Positions 26,801 to 32,000 of a stretch of 32,000 nucleotides of DNA are shown piece after piece (the first letter of the stretch is position 1; each line of letters opens with the position of its first letter). Location: positions 6,750,001 through 6,782,000 of the forward strand of contig NC_010628.1 of the NCBI RefSeq assembly GCF_000020025.1, in the 5' to 3' direction. The DNA is from Nostoc punctiforme PCC 73102. GTDB lineage: Bacteria > Cyanobacteriota > Cyanobacteriia > Cyanobacteriales > Nostocaceae. The notes below the pieces were generated by a model that was given only the letters and a program-made list of their open reading frames with translations, did no database searches and was not told where the DNA came from. Both the position numbers and the translations under genes were made by a program.

Positions 26801-27232
26801 ATGGGTAAAGCAGGCGAAATTCGGGTAATAGCATTGGGGCTAATTCGGGATGGCGAACGCATATTTGTTTCTGAAGGCTATGATCCCGTAAAGCAAGAAA
26901 CATTTTATCGTGCTTTAGGCGGTGGTGTTGATTTTGGCGAAACTAGCCACGCCGCCTTAAAACGGGAGTTTCAAGAGGAAATTCAGGCGGAATTAACGAA
27001 TATTAAATATCTAGGTTGTATAGAAAGCTTGTTTACATTTAATGGTAAGCAAGGTCATGAAATTGTTCAACTTTATCAATGTGACTTTGTTGATTCAAAA
27101 TTTTATCAACTGGAAAGTCTAATTTTTTCAGAATCACAACATCATAAACATAAAGCGTTATGGATGGATATCTCTCGCTTCAAATCTGGTGAATTACGAT
27201 TAGTACCTGAAGTGTTTTTTGAATATTTATAA
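26801..27232 (+). CDS. NUDIX hydrolase
   Basis: 143 aa. Nudix box GGGVDFGETSHAALKREFQEEIQAE (GX5EX7REUXEEXGU). Confidence 0.87.
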   Translation: MGKAGEIRVIALGLIRDGERIFVSEGYDPVKQETFYRALGGGVDFGETSHAALKREFQEEIQAELTNIKYLGCIESLFTFNGKQGHEIVQLYQCDFVDSKFYQLESLIFSESQHHKHKALWMDISRFKSGELRLVPEVFFEYL

Positions 27233-27269
27233 AGAATATGGAAGTTTACTAAGATTGCTTTGCTGTTAA

Positions 27270-27653
27270 TTAGGTCACTGCACTCAGCAAAGACACAATA
27301 TATTGGTTAAGGCTAACGCCTTCTCGTTCAGAAGTCTCAGCTAAACGTCGATGTAAAGATTTCGGCATCCGTAGTAGCAGTTTACCGCTATAGCTATCAT
27401 TACTACTTGGTAAAGGAATATCATCGCCAGCTTCATAAGCTGTTTCAATCCATAATTCTCGCGCTTCATTGAGATTTGCCACTGTCTCTTCAAGGGTTTC
27501 ACCTTGAGTAAGACATCCAGGTAAATCTTTAATTTGAGCTACATATCCCCCCTCTGGGTCGGGGTAAAGTATTATGGAGTACTGAAGATTTAAATAATAT
27601 TCTAAGGACGGCTTCTCAATCTGCTGGTTCTTCTGGTTCAGTGTCTTCATCAA
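27270..27653 (-). CDS. hicB: HicB-family antitoxin with a C-terminal RHH DNA-binding domain
   Basis: 127 aa. YSIILYPDPEGGYVAQIKDLPGCLTQGETLEETVANLNEA, plus C-terminal RMPKSLHRRLAETSEREGVSLNQYIVSLL. Confidence 0.88.
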   Translation of the reverse strand: MMKTLNQKNQQIEKPSLEYYLNLQYSIILYPDPEGGYVAQIKDLPGCLTQGETLEETVANLNEARELWIETAYEAGDDIPLPSSNDSYSGKLLLRMPKSLHRRLAETSEREGVSLNQYIVSLLSAVT

Positions 27654-27891
27654 TCCACTCTTCTAAATTTAAAAGTTCAACTATTTGCTGTACATAGACT
27701 CCTTTAACTTTTTGTCCTCCTGTTTTGGGTACAGTGATGGTTTTACCTTGAGAGTCTCGGAAGCTATGATGGCTACCTTTAGACTTTTTCTCTTCAAAGC
27801 CAAAAGCTTCCAATAGATAGTAAACTTCCTGAGACCGCACTTCTGGAGGTTGTTTTAGGAACTGATCTACTAATTTTCTTAATTTGCTCAT
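27616..27891 (-). CDS. hicA: HicA-family mRNA-interferase toxin
   Basis: 91 aa. EAFGFEEKKSKGSHHSFRDSQGKTITVPKTGGQKVKGVYVQQIVELL, with an acidic tail that overlaps hicB by 38 nt. Confidence 0.85.
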   Translation of the reverse strand: MSKLRKLVDQFLKQPPEVRSQEVYYLLEAFGFEEKKSKGSHHSFRDSQGKTITVPKTGGQKVKGVYVQQIVELLNLEEWIDEDTEPEEPAD

Positions 27892-27899
27892 TGAGAGAT

Positions 27900-27917
27900 G
27901 ATACTATATATAGTATC
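27900..27917. promoter_or_regulatory. 18-bp perfect palindrome directly upstream of hicA (candidate operator overlapping a -10-like box)
   Basis: GATACTATATATAGTATC, ending 9 nt from the hicA ATG (27891). It contains TATAGT/TATATA. Confidence 0.45.
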
Positions 27918-28082
27918 AAAATTTTGAGATATAAAAAAGCGATCGCTTGTTGTATTAAAAAAAAGGGCGATCGCACCAATTAACTCCAATCTAGGTTAAT
28001 TCTGCTTCAGATTTCGCTACCGTTCCCGCACAGTAAGCGCTCATCTTTGAATCAAAATGGGGTATGCGATCGCACTGTGTCG

Positions 28083-28356
28083 CTACATCTGAGAGAGCAA
28101 CTTGTTATACTCTGCGTGTGAACCAAGCCAAAACCAAATAACAGTATCTCCATCTAACTGTCCAACCGCTCGATAATTTTTGCTAATCCGTGCTGAATAA
28201 ATCGGTAGTTCTGGATGTACTTTTTTGAAGCGCAAACTTGGATAGCTCGGATCTTGTTTGAAGAGGCGGTATGCCTCACGCGTTTGCTCTTGAACTTGCT
28301 CAGGTAGATCAATCAGCAAACCCTTGACGAAACTGAGCGGTTATACGTGACTTCAC
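28083..28356 (-). pseudogene. ParE/RelE-superfamily toxin gene disrupted by a 4-nt tandem duplication
   Basis: GTG at 28356 overlaps the antitoxin stop (GTGA) and encodes VKSRITAQFRQGFAD before a TGA. The remaining 78 codons (from TTG 28319: ...LPEQVQEQTREAYRLFKQDPSYPSLRFKKV...VIWFWLGSHAEYNKLL) are in the +1 frame. The plus strand shows atca|atca at 28308-28315, and deleting one copy fuses both parts into an 89-aa protein. Confidence 0.6.
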
Positions 28357-28571
28357 AATTTATCTGGATCTAACTCTTGGGTTTTACCTGCACGGTATTC
28401 AGCCATTGCCTCGGCTGCAAGTTTGGCAAGCATATCTGGAGAACGGGCGAAAGCTTCATCCCAACGGCGTTCATCTTCTAGTTCTGCCAAAATCATCGCC
28501 GCGATCGCATCTTGTTCATTGGCAGGTAAATTTTTTAGTTTAGCGATCGCTTGTTCAAGTAGCTCAGTCAT
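28353..28571 (-). CDS. Antitoxin partner of the ParE-like toxin
   Basis: 72 aa. MTELLEQAIAKLKNLPANEQDAIAAMILAELEDERRWDEAF... is the small helical antitoxin pattern. It sits immediately upstream of, and overlaps, the toxin start. Confidence 0.75.
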   Translation of the reverse strand: MTELLEQAIAKLKNLPANEQDAIAAMILAELEDERRWDEAFARSPDMLAKLAAEAMAEYRAGKTQELDPDKL

Positions 28572-28764
28572 AGCTGTTAATCGTTACGAAAGTCATACTA
28601 TAAATTATCTCTGCTTGCACTCTGTTGGGGTTGTTAAGGTGCGCGAGTAAAGACTGTCCCCAGTAAGTACGTACAGATTACCAATATGTTCATCTATATC
28701 TGACGAGTTCAACGGCTTTATATTGTCAGCCTGCGTAGATCACGTTGGTTAGTCGATAACAGAG

Positions 28765-29914
28765 CTATTTGTTGCGCCAATATCCTTCAACATGGGTTCC
28801 ATCCTTACGACGATAACCTTGAACATAAACTTTTCCACTTGAGTTACTTGATGAATTACTGCCCCAGAAGTTAGTCGTAGTCCGTTGCTGGTTGGATGTA
28901 CTGTTATCCCGATAATTATTAGTAGTTCGGTTTTGATTTACTTGTTTGGGTTTTTCCTCTTGCTGCCGCTGTTCTTGTCTTAGTTTCTCTGCTTGTAGTT
29001 GCTGCTCTCTGTTGAGACGTTCTTCTTTCTGTTTCTCTAATCTCAAACGTTGCTCTCGCAGGCGAAGTCTCTCTTTTGCACGTTGCTCTTTCTTGCGCTC
29101 TTCTTCTTGGCGTTTCCAGTCTCTCAATAATCGCTCCCAATCCTCCAAACCTAACTGAGGATTCTTGACTGGAGGCTGAGATGTTTCCCAACAAAAGCTA
29201 TAAGCCTCAGTTTCAAAGTTAGCACCAACGGAACTAAACATAGACTCGTTTAGCTTTTCACTATTTCCTTGAACTTGTTGAAGAATAAAATTTGGCAAAG
29301 ATGGAATAAGCTCAGGTTCAGACTGCTTTTTCCCAAAAAGTCCTTTAAAAAAACCGATTTTTGAAGGTTTAGGAATTGCGGTTTCGAGAACCCAAACTTT
29401 GACTGTCTTATCCCAGCTACTACTTACAAGTACCTGATTATTAAAACAAAAAGCGACTGAGCTAACTCCTGCTGAGTGAGCACAAAAAGAGGAATCTAGA
29501 GTACCTGTCGTCAGATTCCAAATCTTGACGTAGCCATCATCACCACCGCTTACGAGAAGCTGACCATTAGTACTGAAACCTAGACTACGCACACTACTTG
29601 AATGCCCCTGAATAGTGCATTTAGATAATCCAGTTTGCATATCCCACAGAATGATGTCCCCATCATCATCACTGCTTGCAAGAATTTTTCCATCAGGGCT
29701 AAATACAACTACACGTACATCTTTTGAATGGGTTGAAAATGAGAAAACCTCATCGTGTATGTTGGTTCTCCAAATCTTAACTTTCCGATCGCAACCACCA
29801 CTCGCAATCAATGAGCCATCAGGACTCACAGAAACAGACTGCACGTAATTTGAATGTCCTCGAAGGGTTTGAATCTCCTTCCTTTCTTTCAAACTAAAAA
29901 TTTTAACTGTATAG
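28765..29914 (-). pseudogene. WD40-repeat protein, C-terminal fragment (blades 3b-7 plus charged tail), separated from its 5' part by the IS
   Basis: The native reading frame resumes at YTVKIFSLKERKEIQTLRGH right after the IS left end. Four and a half WD repeats follow, then a KE/RQ-rich coiled segment and the terminal KVYVQGYRRKDGTHVEGYWRNK. Confidence 0.85.
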
Positions 29915-31303
29915 CCCTCTTGTGTCACTATCGCGGTAGTATAATAATGTACAAAGCCTAGAACCAAGACATAAAGCATGGTAGAGCCTCGTTCACCCAT
30001 AAAAACCGTCAAGTTTGTGGATGAATATTGCTTATGGTATAAAAACCTGTTTTCAGATGTTAGGAATTTTGAAGCTTTCAAATATCTACATATAGGATGT
30101 ATTTCCGATTTAAAACGGAAAAGTCTACCTGAAATAGCGAAAATTGTCGGGCTAGATAACTATCAAGGACTACATCATTTCTTAACTACACCATCATGGT
30201 CAGTAGAACAGTTAAGAGCTTTGCGATTACAACTAATTTTAGAGGTACTAAAAGGAAGACCAATCATTTTAATTATTGATGAAACAGGAGATAAAAAGAA
30301 AGGTAATACCACAGATTATGTGAAACGTCAGTACATAGGCAATTTAGGAAAAGTAGAGAATGGCGTTGTGGCAGTCACAGCTTACGGTATGTTCTGTGGA
30401 ATGACATTTCCACTGCTGTTTGAAGTATACAAGCCACGAGAAAAATTAAAGCCAGGAGACAAATATCTTACTAAGCCTCAAATCGGGGCAATGCTAATAC
30501 GCAAGCTACAGTTAATGGGATTCAAATTCAACTTGGTACTAGCAGATAGCTTATATGGTGAGAGTAGCACAAATTTTATACCCGTATTAGATGAATTAGA
30601 TTTAAATTATCTAGTAGCAATTCGCTCAAACCATTCTGTAGCATTGCTTAAAGGTCAGTATACTCAATATTTAAACTGGCATAAGTTTAAAAGAGTATTC
30701 TCTGACTTAAGTAGTGAGAATCGGTTTATTAGAGAAATAATACATGGCAAACGTAGCAATCATAGGTATTGGCAAATTACTACAGACACTCTTAACTTAC
30801 CTGGAAACTCTACCTGGTATGTAATGAGTAAATACCCAGACATTACACCAAGAGAAGTTGGGAATTTCTATGGCTTTAGGACATGGGTTGAGTATGGTTT
30901 AAAACAAAGTAAGAATCAGTTAGGTTGGGCAGATTATCGTTTTACTTGCTATGAAGATATTGAACGGTGGTGGGAGATTATTTGTAGCGCCTACTTAATG
31001 GTTAGTCTTCATTCAGAATCTCTGCGCCCTTATCCCCTAGATTCTCAATCAACATTTGCTTCACATCAGAGGTGGGATAATGGTAAAGGTTGGAAGAATA
31101 TTCTCAATAATCTCCGTCTCATCCTTCAACCTTTTACCCTATTTAATTTAATTCAGCCTTGGCTTTCAGTTTTTCCTATTCCTCATTTATCTTTGGGATT
31201 TGCTAAACTCCAATCTGTTGTTTATTACCTTACCTATCCTACTTTTATATCCCTGACTGACCCTGATTTCTATTTTTCCTCTGCCTAAAGTGACACAACA
31301 GGG
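29915..31303 (+). mobile_element. IS701-family insertion sequence (1389 bp) with a 4-bp target-site duplication
   Basis: IRL is ccctcttgtgtcact (29915-29929). IRR reverse-complemented is ccctgttgtgtcact (31289-31303), matching 14/15. It is flanked by atag at 29911-29914 and 31304-31307. It contains a single transposase ORF. Confidence 0.9.
29978..31288 (+). CDS. IS701-family DDE transposase
   Basis: 436 aa. Motifs: LIIDETGDKKKG, YIGNLGKVENGVVAVTAYG, LVLADSLYGES, W..EYGLKQSKNQLGWADY. The stop codon lies inside IRR. Confidence 0.9.
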   Translation: MVEPRSPIKTVKFVDEYCLWYKNLFSDVRNFEAFKYLHIGCISDLKRKSLPEIAKIVGLDNYQGLHHFLTTPSWSVEQLRALRLQLILEVLKGRPIILIIDETGDKKKGNTTDYVKRQYIGNLGKVENGVVAVTAYGMFCGMTFPLLFEVYKPREKLKPGDKYLTKPQIGAMLIRKLQLMGFKFNLVLADSLYGESSTNFIPVLDELDLNYLVAIRSNHSVALLKGQYTQYLNWHKFKRVFSDLSSENRFIREIIHGKRSNHRYWQITTDTLNLPGNSTWYVMSKYPDITPREVGNFYGFRTWVEYGLKQSKNQLGWADYRFTCYEDIERWWEIICSAYLMVSLHSESLRPYPLDSQSTFASHQRWDNGKGWKNILNNLRLILQPFTLFNLIQPWLSVFPIPHLSLGFAKLQSVVYYLTYPTFISLTDPDFYFSSA

Positions 31304-31675
31304 ATAGTCATCACTTCCACTTACAACAAAATCATAAATTGGAACCACAGCAACTGCCGTTACTGGTTGAGAATGAGCATTAAAAGTTAATAATTCCTGA
31401 GATGTTCTTAAATCCCAAACTCTAATGGTGGCATCATCGCCACCGCTAATCAAACCATTTCCTTTGGGAGTAAAGCTAATAGAGCGAACAGATTTTGTAT
31501 GTTCAAATGGATAGCTCAAAAGTTGACCATTATTGAGATCCCATAATCTAATTGTATTGTCATCGCTGCCACAACCAATAATTTGGCGGCTTGGATTTAT
31601 GGATAGGGAGCGCACACCACCGAACCAACTAGAGTCACCATTGAATGTGTGTGCTGGATACCATGATTGATTCAT
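31304..31675 (-). pseudogene. WD40-repeat protein, N-terminal fragment (blades 1-3a)
   Basis: ATG 31675 (MNQSWYPAHTF...); the ORF track uses TTG 31687. WD units: GCGSDDNTIRLWDL, SGGDDATIRVWDL, VSGSDDY. Reading then runs into IS sequence (PCCVTLGRG...). Confidence 0.85.
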
Positions 31676-31768
31676 CAGTTTCTCCAAGCTTTCTGCGATT
31701 TAGACAATTGAGTTCTTTGATCAGTATTCCCAAAATTCTCAAGCTATCTAAATTTAGGAAAAATAATC

Positions 31769-32000
31769 TCAACCTGAAATGCCATACTTTTGCTGCATTT
31801 CTTGGACGAAATTTTCAATGGGGCGAGTGTTACCAGCGTTGAGTTCCTCGAAACCTTGTCCAATCCCAGCAATTGTCTCTAACTGATCGATCGGTTGGCA
31901 TAATTTCGTGGGGACAATTTTGCCAGGATCTAGAAAGGTGACGAGAACTTGGGAGCGATCGCTAATATCTTGCGGTAGCTGGGTAAGGTGAATTTGTCCA
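31769..32000 (-). CDS. 3' part of a hypothetical protein with an antitoxin-like C-terminus (partial, continues beyond the window)
   Basis: The minus frame is open from the window edge to TGA (31769-31771). Translation: ...GQIHLTQLPQDISDRSQVLVTFLDPGKIVPTKLCQPIDQLETIAGIGQGFEELNAGNTRPIENFVQEMQQKYGISG*. Confidence 0.5.
   Translation of the reverse strand, partial: GQIHLTQLPQDISDRSQVLVTFLDPGKIVPTKLCQPIDQLETIAGIGQGFEELNAGNTRPIENFVQEMQQKYGISG

Noticed and set aside
27794-27979. 61-aa minus-strand ORF overlapping the hicA 5' end and its promoter palindrome
   Set aside because: It is out of frame with hicA, spans the operator/HIP1-rich spacer, and gives a hydrophobic nonsense-like peptide.
28919-29194. 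ORFs 28919-29194 (-) and 28946-29158 (+) with R/S/C-rich peptides
   Set aside because: They are alternative frames of the K/E/R/Q low-complexity coding segment of the WD40 tail. Such repetitive DNA stays open in several frames.
1-32000. CRISPR arrays, tRNA/rRNA genes, group II introns, retron-like or other recognisable defence operons
   Set aside because: I saw no regularly spaced 25-40-nt direct repeats, no tRNA T-arm/acceptor signatures, no RT/Cas/nuclease-NTPase type ORFs. The only tandem repeats are 7-nt STRRs.

Overview
Chromosomal segment from a Nostoc/Anabaena-type (Nostocales-like) cyanobacterium. This assignment rests on frequent HIP1 octamers (GCGATCGC), tandem heptamer STRR repeats, small dispersed intergenic repeats, and the gene content. 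I found no tRNA, rRNA or CRISPR array by eye.

Housekeeping genes: dxs, mtnA, icd, gun4, a membrane/Tat-targeted Mn-SOD, rsmG, two orphan ABC ATPases and a NUDIX hydrolase.

Signalling genes: a 1225-aa protein with an N-terminal ethylene-binding-type membrane domain, five PAS domains, GGDEF and EAL. There is also an adjacent hybrid histidine kinase / receiver-kinase pair.

Most interesting locus: a same-strand three-gene block at 7111-11097 (minus strand). It encodes a DUF2235/Tle1-like lipase-type hydrolase, a cyclooxygenase-related haem dioxygenase and a catalase-related haem protein. This reads as a complete lipid-to-oxylipin pathway. The block is bracketed by two same-orientation copies of a ~125-135 bp MITE-like inverted-repeat element.

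The 3' quarter (27.3-32 kb) is an accessory islet. It holds hicAB, a ParE-like toxin gene broken by a 4-nt tandem duplication next to an intact antitoxin, and a seven-blade WD40 gene split by a 1389-bp IS701-family element. That insertion has a clean 4-bp target duplication, so the original gene can be rebuilt exactly. brnTA also sits between gun4 and an ABC ATPase.

All calls come from reading the ORF translations and the DNA. No database search or computation was run.
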